Part shown: piece after piece, positions 1 to 14,300 of the stretch
Layout of the letters: the number at the start of each line of letters is the position of its first letter
Numbering within the stretch: position 1 is the first letter of the stretch
DNA from: Eledone cirrhosa
Lineage: Eukaryota
DNA: 64,000 bases
Direction: 5' to 3'
NCBI GenBank assembly: GCA_964016885.1
Contig: OZ024744.1
Location: 115,878,001-115,942,000 of the forward strand
Notes under the pieces: model-generated
What the model saw: the letters and a program-made list of their open reading frames with translations, nothing else
Told to the model about the DNA's origin: nothing
The model's database searches: none
Program-made: the position numbers and the translations under genes

Positions 1-826
1 AAAATAAACAGTGTATGAGTCATGATATAATAACAATAACAATAATGAAATATTGTGCACAGTGCCCAGGTGCACCACAACCCATCAAAAAAGTGCATGT
101 ACAGTACATAGGGCAATGCACAAACATCAGTAAAATGAACAGTGCACACATGTGTGCATGTGTATGGAAGGGGCACATCAGGTGTAGTTTTGGCGTATTT
201 CGGGAAGCATGAGTGTCTTAAAGGATGCAGTGTCTCGGCAGCGAACAATTGACGCAGGCAGTTTGTTCCATGTTTCAGCAACTCTGAGCGTGAAAAAATG
301 TCTGCGAAAGTCATGGGAGCTGTGCTGTTTTCTTATCTTGTAGGCATGTCCACGTGTGTTAGACACATGGAGATCAAAGAGGCGCTCAGGGTTGCAGTTG
401 GCGAGATGGTTAAAAACTTTGTGGGTAGTCACCAAGTCCACTGCCAGACGTCGGAGCTTCAATGAATCCATGCCCAGGGAAGCAAGGCGTTCAGAGTATG
501 GTAGGTGTCTGATGGAGGGTATGCGCTTGGTTGCACGTCTCTGAACAGTTTCCAGGAGGTCAATGTTCCGAGCAAGATAGGGGTTCCAGACTGATGATGC
601 GAATTCCAAGTGTGGTCACACCATAGCTGTATACAGTTTTAAATAGATGGCTGGAGAGCGGCTAACAAAGGTCTTGCTGAGTGATGCCAAGACACCCTCG
701 GCCTTCTTGACAATCTTAGAGACATGCTTTGTCCAACGCAAATCGTTGCTGACAGTAATGCCTAGGTCACGTTCACAAGAGGACTTTTTGATGTCAGTGT
801 TGTGGAGGGAGTATGTGGACGCTGGA
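1..826 (-). mobile_element. 5'-truncated CR1-type LINE, copy 1 (3' end runs off the window start)
   Basis: Minus-strand translation gives motifs typical of the C-terminal part of CR1-group ORF2 (ERDLG, LE.VQRRATK, YSERL, TRGH..K, FFT.RV...WN.LP). Matches copies 2 and 3 at offsets 19299 and 24460. Ends at ...GACGCTGGA(T) against a satellite (TA)n run. Confidence 0.9.
178..825 (-). pseudogene. LINE ORF2 (reverse transcriptase polyprotein) C-terminal fragment with a premature stop
   Basis: Frame reads PASTYSLHNTDIKKSSCERDLGITVSNDLRWTKHV...LYTAMV*PHLEFASSVWNP...EIRQNYT*. The Arg codon CGA of the VRP motif is TGA here (A at 618 on the + strand, G in the other copies). No start codon, endonuclease domain or RT catalytic core. 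Confidence 0.88.
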
Positions 827-3800
827 TTATATATATATAATGTCTCTCATATCTTGTCTCTGTCTCTCTATATATATATAATGTCTCTCATATCTTGTCT
901 CTCTCTCTATATATATGTAATGTCTCTCATATCTTGTCTCTCTCTCTATATATATAATGTCTCTCATATCTTGTCTCTCTCTCTATATGTATATAATGCA
1001 TCTTATATCTTGTCTCTCTCTCCCTATATATATAATGTCTCTCATATCTTGTCTCTCTCTCTATATATATATAATGTCTCTCAAATCTTGTCTCTCTCTC
1101 TCTATATATAATGTCTCTCATATCTTATCTCTCTCTCTATATATATAATGTCTCTCATATCTTGTCTCTCTCTCTATATATATATAATGTCTCTCATATC
1201 TTGTCTCTCACTCTCTATATATAATGTCTCACATATCTTGTCCCTCTCTCTCTATATATATAATGTCTCTCATATCTTGTCTCTCTCCGTCTCTCTATAT
1301 AATGTCTCTCATATCTTGTCTCTCTCTCTCTATATATATATAATGTCTCTCATATCTTGTCTCTCTCTCTATATATATAATGTCTCTCATATCTTGACTC
1401 TCTCTCTATATACATATAATGTCTCTCATATCTTGTCTCTCTCTCTATATATATAATGTCTCTCATATCTTGCCTCTCTCTCTCTCTATATATATATAAA
1501 ATGTCTCTCATATCTTGTCTCTCTCTCTATATATATATAATGTCTCTCATATCTTGTCCCTCTCTCTCTATAAATAATGTTTCTCATATCTTGTCCCTCT
1601 CTCTATATATATATATATAATGTCTCTCATATCTTGTCTCTCTCTCTATATATATAATGTCTCTCATATCTTGTCTCTCTCTCTATATGTATATATAATG
1701 TCTCTCATATCTTGTCTTTCTCTCTATATATATAATGTCTCTCATATCTTATCTCTCTCTCTCTATATATATAAAATGCCTCTCATATCTTGTCTCTCTC
1801 TCTCTATATATATATAATGTCTCTCATATCTTGTCTCTCTGTCTATATATATAATGTCTCTCATATCTTGTCTCTCTCTCTCTATATATATATAATGTCT
1901 CTCATATATTGTCTCTCTCTCTCTATATATACAATGTCTCTCATATCTTGTCTCTCTCTCTATATATATATAATGTCTCTCATATCTTGTCTCTCTCTAT
2001 ATATAATGTCTCTCATATCTTGTCGCTCTCTCTCTATATATATAATGTCTCTCATATCTTGTCTCTCTCTATATATATATAATGTCTCTCATATCTTGTC
2101 TCTCTCTCTCTCTCTATATAATGTCTCTCATATCTTGTCTCTCTCTCTATATATATATAATGTCTCTCATATCTTGTCTCTCTCTCTATATATATAATGT
2201 CTCTCATATCTTATCTCTCTCTCTCTATATATATAAAGTCTCTCATATCTTGTCTCTCTCTCTATATATAATGTCTCTCATATCTTGTCTCTCTCTCTCT
2301 ATATATATATATAATGTCTCTCATATCTTGTCTCTCTCTCTATATATATAATGTCTCTCATATCTTGTCTCTCTCTATATATATATAATGTCTCTCATAT
2401 CTTGTCTCTCTCTATATATATAATGTCTCTCATATCTTGTCTCTCTCTCTATATATATATAATGTCTCTCATATCTCGTCTCTCTCTCTATATATATATA
2501 TAATGTCTCTCATATCTTGTCTCTCTCTCTCTATATATATATAATGTCTCTCATAGCCTGTCTCTCTCTCTCTATATATATAATGTCTCTCATATATTGT
2601 CTCTCCCTCTATATATATAATGTCTCTCATAACTTGTCTCACTGTCTCTCTCTATATATAATGTCTCTCATAACTTGTCTCTCTCCTTATATATATAATG
2701 TCTCTCATATCTTGTCTCTCTCTCTATATATATAATGTCTCTCATATCTTGTCTCTCTCTCTATATATATAATGTCTATCATATCTTGTCTCTCTCTCTC
2801 TATATATATAATGTCCCTCATATCTTGTCTCTCTCTCTCTCTATATATAATGTCTCTCATATCTTGTCTCTCTCTCTATATATATAATGTCTCTCGTATC
2901 TTGGCTCTCTCTCTATATATATAATGTCTCTCATATCTTGTCTCTCTCTATATATATAATGTCTCTCATATCTTGTCTCTCTCTCTCTATATATATAATG
3001 TCTCTCATATCTTGTCTCTCTCTCTCTATATATATAATGTCTCTCATATCTTGTCTCTCTCTCTATATATATATATAATGTCTCTCATATCTTGTCTCTC
3101 TCTCTATATATATAATGTCTCTCATATCTTGTCTCTCTCTCTATATATATAATGTCTCTCATATCTTGTCTCTCTCTCTCTATATATATAATGTCTCTCA
3201 TATCTTGTCTCTCTGTCTCTCTCTATATATAATGTCTCTCATATCTTGTCTCTCTCTCTATATATATATATAAAGTCTCTCATATCTTGTCTCTCTCTCT
3301 CTATATATATATAATGTCTCTCATATCTTGTCCCTCTCTCTCTATAAATAATGTTTCTCATATCTTGTCTCTCTCTCTCTATATATATAATTTCTCTCAT
3401 ATCTTATCTCTCTCTCTATATATATAATGTCTCTCATATCTTGTCTCTCTCTCTCTATATATATATAATGTCTCTCATATCTTGTCTCTCTCTCTATATG
3501 TACATAATGTCTCTCATATCTTGTCCCTCTCTCTCTATATATATAATGTCTCTCAAATCTTGTCTCTCTCCCTCTCTCTCTATATAATGTCTCTCATATC
3601 TTGTCTCTCTCTCTCTCTATATATATAATGTCTCTCATATCTTTTCTCTCTCTCTATATATATAATGTCTCTCATATCTTGTCTCTCTCTCTATATATAT
3701 AATGTCTCTCATATCTTGTCTCACTCTCTATATATATATAATGTCTATCATATCTTGTCTCTCTCTCTCTATATATATATAATGTCTCTCATATCTTGTC

Positions 3801-6800
3801 TCTCTCTCTCTATATATATATAATGTCTCTCATATCTTGTCTCTCTCTCTATATATATATTATGTCTCTCATATCTTGTCTCTCTCTCTCTATATATATA
3901 TAATGTCTCTCATATCTTGTCTCTCTCTCTATATATACAATGTCTCTCATATCCTGTCTCTCTCTCTATATATATATAATGTCTCTCATATCTTGTCTCT
4001 CTCTCTATATATATATAATGTCTCTCATATCTTGTCTCTCTCTATATATATAATGTCTCTCATATCTTGTCGCTCTCTCTCTCTATATATAATGTCTCTC
4101 ATATCTTGTCTCTCTCTATATATATATAATGTCTCTCATATCTTGTCTCTCTCTCTCTATATATATAATGTCTCTCATATCTTGTCTCTCTCTATATATA
4201 TAATGTCTCTCATATCTTGTCACTCTCTCTCAATATATATAATGTCTCTCATATCTTGTCTCTCTCTATATATATAATGTCTCTCATATCTTGTCTCTCT
4301 CTATATATATAATGTCTCTCATATCTTGTCACTCTCTCTCAATATATATAATGTCTCTCATATCTTGTCTCTCTCTATATATATAATGTCTCTCATATCT
4401 TGTCTCTCTCTCTCTCTATATATATAATGTCTCTCATATCTTATCTCTCTCTCTATATATATATAAAGTCTCTCATATCTTGTCTCTCTCTCTATATATA
4501 ATGTTTCTCATATCTTGTGTCTCTCTCTCTCTATATATATATAATGTCTCTCATATCTTGTCTCTCTCTCTATATATATAATGTCTCTCATATCTTGTCT
4601 CTCTCTCTCTCTATATATAATGTCTCTCATATCTTGTCTCTCTCTCTATATATATATAATGTCTCTCATATCTTGTATCTCTCTCTATATATATAATGTT
4701 TCTCATATCTTGTCTCTCTCTCTATATATATAATGTCTCTCATATCTTGTCTCTCTCTATATATATAATGTCTCTCATATCTTGTCTCTCTCTCTATATA
4801 TATAATGTCTCTCATATCTTGTCTCTCTCTCTCTATATATATAATGTCTCTCATATCTTGTCTCTCTGTCTCTCTCTATATATAATGTCTCTCATATCTT
4901 GTCTCTCTCTCTATATATACACAAAGTCTCTCATATCTTGTCTCTCTCTCTATATACAATGTCTCTCATATATTGTCTCTCTCTCTCTATATATAATGTC
5001 TCTCATATCTTGTCTCTCTCTCTCTATATATATATAATGTCTCTCATATCTTGTCTCTCTCTCTATATATATAATGTCTCTCATATCTTATCTCTCTCTC
5101 TCTATATATATATAATGTCTCTCATATCTTGTCTCTGTCTCTCTATATATATATAATGTCTCTCATATCTTGTCTCTCTCTCTCTATATATATATGTAAT
5201 GTCTCTCATATCTTGTCTCTCTCTCTATATATATAATGTCTCTCATATCTTGTCTCTCTCTCTATATGTATATAATGTCTCTCATAACTTGTCTCTCTCT
5301 CTCTATATATATAATGTCTCTCATATCTTGTCTCTCTCTCTATATATATATAATGTCTCTCATATCTTGTCTCTCTCTCTCTATATATATAATTTCTCTC
5401 ATATCTTATCTCTCTCTCTATATATATAATGTCTCTCATATCTTGTCTCTCTCTCTCTATATATATATAATGTCTCTCATATCTTGTCTCTCTCTCTATA
5501 TGTATATAATGTCTCTCATATCTTGTCCCTCTCTCTCTATATATATAATGTCTCTCAAATCTTGTCTCTCTCCCTCTCTCTCTATATAATGTCTCTCATA
5601 TCTTGTCTCTCTCTCTATATATATATATAATGTCTCTCATATCTTGTCTCTCTCTCTATATATATAATGTCTCTCATATCTTGTCTCTCTCTCTATATAC
5701 ATATAATGTCTCTCATATCTTGTCTCTCTCTCTATATATATAATGTCTCTCATATCTTGTCTCTCTCTCTCTCTATATATATATAATGTCTCTCATATCT
5801 TGTCTCTCTCTCTATATATATATAATGTCTCTCATATCTTGTCGCTCTCTCTCTATAAATAATGTTTCTCATATCTTGTCCCTCTCTCTCTATATATATA
5901 TATAATGTCTCTCATATCTTGTCTCTCTCTCTATATATATAATGTCTCTCATATCTTGTCTCTCTCTCTATATGTATATATAATGTCTCTCATATCTTGT
6001 CTTTCTCTCTATATATATAATGTCTCTCATATCTTATCTCTCTCTCTCTATATATATAAAATGCCTCTCATATCTTGTCTCTCTCTCTATATATATATAT
6101 AATGTCTCTCATATCTTGTCTCTCTGTCTATATATATAATGTCTCTCATATCTTGTCTCTCTCTCTATATATATATAATGTCTCTCATATCTTGTCTCTC
6201 TCTATATATAATGTCTCTCATATCTTGTCGCTCTCTCTCTATATATATAATGTCTCTCATATCTTGTCTCTCTCTATATATATATAATGTCTCTCATATC
6301 TTGTCTCTCTCTCTCTATATATATAATGTCTCTCATATCTTGTCTCTCTCTCTATATATATATAATGTCTCTCATATCTTGTCTCTCTCTCTATATATAT
6401 AATGTCTCTCATATCTTATCTCTCTCTCTATATATATATAAAGTTTCTCATATCTTGTCTCTCTCTCTATATATAATGTCTCTCATATCTTGTCTCTCTC
6501 TCTCTCTATATATATATAATGTCTCTCATATCTTGTCTCTCTCTCTATATATATAATGTCTCTCATATCTTGTCTCTCTCTATATATATATAATGTCTCT
6601 CATATCTTGTCTCTCTCTATATATATAATGTCTCTCATATCTTGTCTCTCTCTCTATATATATATAATGTCTCTCATATCTCGTCTCTCTCTCTCTATAT
6701 ATATATAATGTCTCTCATATCTTGTCTCTCTCTCTCTATATATATATAATGTCTCTCATAGCCTGTCTCTCTCTCTCTCTATATATAATGTCTCTCATAT

Positions 6801-7089
6801 ATTGTCTCTCTCTCTATATATATAATGTCTCTCATAACTTGTCTCACTGTCTCTCTCTATATATAATGTCTCTCATAACTTGTCTCTCTCCTTATATATA
6901 TAATGTCTATCATATCTTGTCTCTCTCTCTATATATATAATGTCTCTCATATCTTGTCTCTCTCTCTCTATATATATAATGTCTATCATATCTTGTCTCT
7001 CTCTCTCTATATATATAATGTCCCTCATATCTTGTCTCTCTCTCTCTATATATATAATGTCTCTCATATCTTGTCTCTCTCTCTATATA

Positions 7090-7690
7090 TATAATGTCTC
7101 TCGTATCTTGGCTCTCTCTCTATATATATAATGTCTCTCATATCTTGTCTCTCTCTATATATATATAATGTCTCTCATATCTTGTCTCTCTCTCTCTATA
7201 TATATAATGTCTCTCATATCTTGTCTCTCTCTCTATATAAACAATGTCTCTCATATCTTGTCTCTCTCTCTATATATATACAATGTCTCTCATATCTTGT
7301 CTCTCTCTCTATATATAATGTCTCTCATATCTTGTCTCTCTCTCTTTCTATATATATAATGTCTCTCATATCTTGTCTCTCTCTCTATATATATAATGTC
7401 TCTCGTATCTTGGCTCTCTCTCTATATATATAATGTCTCTCATATCTTGTCTCTCTCTATATATATATAATGTCTCTCATATCTTGTCTCTCTCTCTCTA
7501 TATATATAATGTCTCTCATATCTTGTCTCTCTCTCTATATAAACAATGTCTCTCATATCTTGTCTCTCTCTCTATATATATACAATGTCTCTCATATCTT
7601 GTCTCTCTCTCTATATATAATGTCTCTCATATCTTGTCTCTCTCTCTTTCTATATATATAATGTCTCTCATATCTTGTCTCTCTCTCTAT
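7090..7690 (+). repeat. Local tandem duplication, 302-bp period (8 monomers)
   Basis: Variants CGTATCTTGGC, TATAAACAATG and CTCTTTCTA each recur at +302. ORF-track entries 7131/7433 and 7168/7470 share that offset. Confidence 0.85.
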
Positions 7691-8800
7691 ATATATATAA
7701 TGTCACTCATATCTTGTATCTATCTCTATGTATATATAATGTCTGTCATATCTTTTCTCTCTCTCTCTCTCTATATATAATGTCTCTCATATCTTGTCTC
7801 TCTCTCTCTATATATATAATGTCTCTCATATCTTGTATCTCTCTCTCTATATATATATATATAATGTCTCTCATATCTTGTCTCTCTCTCTCTATATATA
7901 TATAATGTCTCTCATATCTTGTCTCTCTCTCTATATATATATAATGTCTCTCATATCTTGTCTCTCTCTCTCTATATATATAATGTCTCTCATATCTTGT
8001 CTCTCTCTCTCTATATATATAATGTCTCTCATATCTTGTCTCTCTCTCTATATATATATAATGTCACTCATATCTTGTATCTATCTCTATGTATATATAA
8101 TGTCTCTCATATCTTTTCTCTCTCTCTCTCTATATATAATGTCTCTCATATCTTGTCTCTCTCACTATATATATAATGTCTCTCATATCTTGTCTCTCTC
8201 TCTATATATATATATAATGTCTCTCATATCTTGTCCCTCTCTCTCTATATATATAATGTCTCTCATATCTTGTCTCACTCTCTATATATATATATAATGT
8301 CTCTCATATCTTGTCCCTCTCTCTCTCTCTATATATAATGTCACTCATATCTTGTCGCTCTCTCTCTATATATATAATGTCACTCATATCTTGTCGCTCT
8401 CTCTCTATATATATAATGTCTCTCATATCTTGTCTCTCTCTCTATATATATATAATGTCTCTCATATCTTTTCTCTCTCTCTCTCTCTATATATAATGTC
8501 TCTCATATCTTGTCTCTCTCTCTCTATATATATAATGTCTCTCATATCTTGTCTCTCTCTCTCTCTATCTATATATAATGTCTCTCATATCTTGTCTCTC
8601 TCTCTATAAATATAATGTCTCTCATATCTTGTCTCTCTCTATATATATAATGTCTCTCATATCTTGTCACTCTCTCTCTATTTATATAATGTCTCTCATA
8701 TCTTGTCTCTCTCTCTATATATATAATGTCTCTCATATCTTGTCTCTCTCTCTATATATATATAATGTCTCTCATATCTTGTCTCTCTCTCTATATATAC

Positions 8801-11800
8801 AATGTCTCTCATATCTTGTCTCTCTCTCTATATATACAATGTCTCTCATATCTTGTCTCTCTCTCTATATATATAATGTCTCTCATATCTTGTCTCTCTC
8901 TCTCTCTATATATAATGTCTCTCATATCTTGTCTCTCTCTCTATATATATAATGTCTCTCATATCTTGTCTCTCTCTCTATATATATAATCTCTATCATA
9001 TCTTGTCTCTCTCTCTCTCTATATATAATGTCTCTCATATTTTGTCTCTCTCTCTATATATATATAATGTCTCTCATATCTTGTCCCTCTCTCTCTATAT
9101 ATAATGTCTCTCATATCTTGTCTCTCTCTCTCTATATATAATGTCTCTCATATCTTGTCTCTCTCTCTATATATATAAAGTCTCTCATATCTTATCTCTC
9201 TCTCTATATATAAAATGCCTCTCATATCTTGTCTCTCTCTCTCTATATATATATAATGTCTCAAATATCTTGTCTCTCTCTCTATATATATATAATGTCA
9301 CTCATATCTTGTATCTATCTCTATGTATATAAAGTCTCTCTCTCTCTATATAATGTCTCTCATATCTTGTCTCTCTCTCTATATATATATAATATCTCTC
9401 ATATCTTGTCTCTCTCTCTATATATATATATAATGTCTCTCATATGTTGTCTCTCTCTCTCTATATATATAATGTCTCTCATATCTTGTCTCTCTCTCTC
9501 TCTATCTATATATAATGTCTCTCATATCTTGTCTCTCTCTCTATAAATATAATGTCTCTCATATCTTGTCTCTCTCTATATATATAATGTCTCTCATATC
9601 TTGTCACTCTCTCTCTATTTATATAATGTCTCTCATATCTTGTCTCTCTCTCTCTATATATATATAATGTCTCTCATATCTTGTCTCTCTCTCTATATAT
9701 ATATAATGTCTCTCATATCTTGTCTCTCTCTCTCTATATATATAATGTCTCTCATATCTTGTCTCTCTCTCTATATATACAATGTCTCTCATATCTTGTC
9801 TCTCTCTCTATATATATAATGTCTCTCATATCTTGTCTCTCTCTCTCTATATATATAATGTCTCTCATATCTTGTCTCTCTCTCTATATATATAATGTCT
9901 CTCATATCTTGTCTCTCTCTCTCTATATATAATGTCTATCATATCTTGTCTCTCTCTCTCTCTATATATAATGTCTCTCATATCTTGTCTCTCTCTCTCT
10001 ATATATATAATCTCTCTCATATCTTGTCTCTCTCTCTATATACAATGTCTTTCATATCTTGTCTCTCTCTCTATATATATATATAATGTCTCTCATATCT
10101 TGTCTCTCTCTCTATATATATATAATGTCTCTCATATCTTGTCTCTCTCTCTATATAGATAATGTCTCTCATATCTTATCTCTCTCTCTATATATATATA
10201 TAATGTCTCTCATATCTTGTCTCTGTCTCTCTATATATATATATAATGTCTCTCATATCTTGTCTCTCTCTCTATATATATGTAATGTCTCTCATATCTT
10301 GTCTCTCTCTCTATATATATAATGTCTCTCATAACTTGTCTCTCTCTCTATATGTATATAATGTCTCTCATATCTTGTCTCTCTCTCCCTATATATATAA
10401 TGTCTCTCATATCTTGTCTCTCTCTCTATATATATATAATGTCTCTCAAATCTTGTCTCTCTCTCTCTATATATAATGTCTCTCATATCTTATCTCTCTC
10501 TCTACATATATAATGTCTCTCATATCTTGTCTCTCTCTCTATATATATATAATGTCTCTCATATCTTGTCTCTCACTCTCTATATATAATGTCTCACATA
10601 TCTTGTCCCTCTCTCTCTATATATATAATGTCTCTCATATCTTGTCTCTCTCCATCTCTCTATATAATGTCTCTCATATCTTGTCTCTCTCTCTCTCTAT
10701 ATATATATAATGTCTCTCATATCTTGTCTCTCTCTCTATATATATAATGTCTCTCATATCTTGTCTCTCTCTCTATATACATATAATGTCTCTCATATCT
10801 TGTCTCTCTCTCTATATATATAATGTCTCTCATATCTTGCCTCTCTCTCTCTCTATATATATAAAATGTCTCTCATATCTTGTCTCTCTCTCTATATATA
10901 TATAATGTCTCTCATATCTTGTCTCTCTCTCTATATATATATAATGTCTCTCATATCTTGCCCCTCTCTCTCTATAAATAATGTTTCTCATATCTTGCCC
11001 CTCTCTCTCTCTATATATATAATGTCTCTCATATCTTGTCTCTCTCTCTATATATATAATGTCTCTCATATCTTATCTCTCTCTCTCTATATATATAAAA
11101 TGCCTCTCATATCTTGTCTCTCTCTCTCTATATATATATAATGTCTCTCATATCTTGTCTCTCTGTCTATATATATAATGTCTCTCATATCTTGTCTCTC
11201 TCTCTCTATATATATATATAATGTCTCTCATATCTTGTCTCTCTCTCTCTCTATATATAATGTCTCTCATATCTTGTCTCACTCTCTATATATATATAAT
11301 GTCTATCATATCTTGTCTCTCTCTCTCTATATATATATAATGTCTCTCATATCTTGTCTCTCTCTCTCTCTATATATATAATGTCTCTCATATCTTGTCT
11401 CTCTCTCTATATATATATTATGTCTCTCATATCTTGTCTCTCTCTCTATATATATATATAATGTCTCTCATATCTTGTCTCTCTCTCTATATATACAATG
11501 TCTCTCATATCTTGTCTCTCTCTCTCTCTATATATATAATGTCTCTCATATCTTGTCTCTCTCTCTATATATATACAATGTCTCTCATATCTTGTCTCTC
11601 TCTCTATATATATAATGTCTCTCATATCTTGTCTCTCTCTCTCTCTATATATAATGTCTCTCATATCTTGTCTCTCTCTCTATATATATAATGTCTCTCA
11701 TATCTTGTCTCTCTCTCTATATATATAATCTCTATCATATCTTGTCTCTCTCTCTCTCTATATATAATGTCTCTCATATTTTGTCTCTCTCTCTATATAT

Positions 11801-14300
11801 ATATAATGTCTCTCATATCTTGTCCCTCTCTCTCTATATATAATGTCTCTCATATCTTGTCTCTCTCTCTCTATATATAATGTCTCTCATATCTTGTCTC
11901 TCTCTCTATATATATAAAGTCTCTCATATCTTATCTCTCTCTCTATATATAAAATGCCTCTCATATCTTGTCTCTCTCTCTCTATATATATATAATGTCT
12001 CAAATATCTTGTCTCTCTCTCTATATATATATAATGTCACTCATATCTTGTATCTATCTCTATGTATATAAAGTCTCTCTCTCTCTATATAATGTCTCTC
12101 ATATCTTGTCTCTCTCTCTATATATATATAATATCTCTCATATCTTGTCTCTCTCTCTATATATATATATAATGTCTCTCATATGTTGTCTCTCTCTCTC
12201 TATATATATAATGTCTCTCATATCTTGTCTCTCTCTCTCTCTATCTATATATAATGTCTCTCATATCTTGTCTCTCTCTCTATAAATATAATGTCTCTCA
12301 TATCTTGTCTCTCTCTATATATATAATGTCTCTCATATCTTGTCACTCTCTCTCTATTTATATAATGTCTCTCATATCTTGTCTCTCTCTCTCTATATAT
12401 ATATAATGTCTCTCATATCTTGTCTCTCTCTCTATATATATATAATGTCTCTCATATCTTGTCTCTCTCTCTCTATATATATAATGTCTCTCATATCTTG
12501 TCTCTCTCTCTATATATACAATGTCTCTCATATCTTGTCTCTCTCTCTATATATATAATGTCTCTCATATCTTGTCTCTCTCTCTCTATATATATAATGT
12601 CTCTCATATCTTGTCTCTCTCTCTATATATATAATGTCTCTCATATCTTGTCTCTCTCTCTCTATATATAATGTCTATCATATCTTGTCTCTCTCTCTCT
12701 CTATATATAATGTCTCTCATATCTTGTCTCTCTCTCTCTATATATATAATCTCTCTCATATCTTGTCTCTCTCTCTATATACAATGTCTTTCATATCTTG
12801 TCTCTCTCTCTATATATATATATAATGTCTCTCATATCTTGTCTCTCTCTCTATATATATATAATGTCTCTCATATCTTGTCTCTCTCTCTATATAGATA
12901 ATGTCTCTCATATCTTATCTCTCTCTCTATATATATATATAATGTCTCTCATATCTTGTCTCTGTCTCTCTATATATATATATAATGTCTCTCATATCTT
13001 GTCTCTCTCTCTATATATATGTAATGTCTCTCATATCTTGTCTCTCTCTCTATATATATAATGTCTCTCATAACTTGTCTCTCTCTCTATATGTATATAA
13101 TGTCTCTCATATCTTGTCTCTCTCTCCCTATATATATAATGTCTCTCATATCTTGTCTCTCTCTCTATATATATATAATGTCTCTCAAATCTTGTCTCTC
13201 TCTCTCTATATATAATGTCTCTCATATCTTATCTCTCTCTCTACATATATAATGTCTCTCATATCTTGTCTCTCTCTCTATATATATATAATGTCTCTCA
13301 TATCTTGTCTCTCACTCTCTATATATAATGTCTCACATATCTTGTCCCTCTCTCTCTATATATATAATGTCTCTCATATCTTGTCTCTCTCCATCTCTCT
13401 ATATAATGTCTCTCATATCTTGTCTCTCTCTCTCTCTATATATATATAATGTCTCTCATATCTTGTCTCTCTCTCTATATATATAATGTCTCTCATATCT
13501 TGTCTCTCTCTCTATATACATATAATGTCTCTCATATCTTGTCTCTCTCTCTATATATATAATGTCTCTCATATCTTGCCTCTCTCTCTCTCTATATATA
13601 TAAAATGTCTCTCATATCTTGTCTCTCTCTCTATATATATATAATGTCTCTCATATCTTGTCTCTCTCTCTATATATATATAATGTCTCTCATATCTTGC
13701 CCCTCTCTCTCTATAAATAATGTTTCTCATATCTTGCCCCTCTCTCTCTCTATATATATAATGTCTCTCATATCTTGTCTCTCTCTCTATATATATAATG
13801 TCTCTCATATCTTATCTCTCTCTCTCTATATATATAAAATGCCTCTCATATCTTGTCTCTCTCTCTCTATATATATATAATGTCTCTCATATCTTGTCTC
13901 TCTGTCTATATATATAATGTCTCTCATATCTTGTCTCTCTCTCTCTATATATATATATAATGTCTCTCATATCTTGTCTCTCTCTCTCTCTATATATAAT
14001 GTCTCTCATATCTTGTCTCACTCTCTATATATATATAATGTCTATCATATCTTGTCTCTCTCTCTCTCTATATATATAATGTCTCTCATATCTTGTCTCT
14101 CTCTCTCTCTATATATATAATGTCTCTCATATCTTGTCTCTCTCTCTATATATATATTATGTCTCTCATATCTTGTCTCTCTCTCTATATATATATATAA
14201 TGTCTCTCATATCTTGTCTCTCTCTCTATATATACAATGTCTCTCATATCTTGTCTCTCTCTCTCTCTATATATATAATGTCTCTCATATCTTGTCTCTC
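8801..14300 (+). repeat. Near-perfect tandem duplication, 2739-bp period
   Basis: Rare variants recur at +2739, e.g. AATCTCTATCATA (~8990/11729), TCAAATATC, CATATGTTG and ATAGAT. ORF pairs 9141/11880 through 11395/14134 share the offset. Confidence 0.9.

Noticed and set aside
15-1111. Plus-strand ORFs 15-212, 356-544 and 647-1111, their copies, and minus-strand ORF 19245-19613
   Set aside because: Antisense or alternative-frame shadows of the LINE fragment, some running into satellite. No recognisable motifs.
1568-1580. TATAAA 'TATA boxes' in recurrent variant monomers
   Set aside because: A single T>A change in a (TA)n run propagated by duplication, with no downstream gene.
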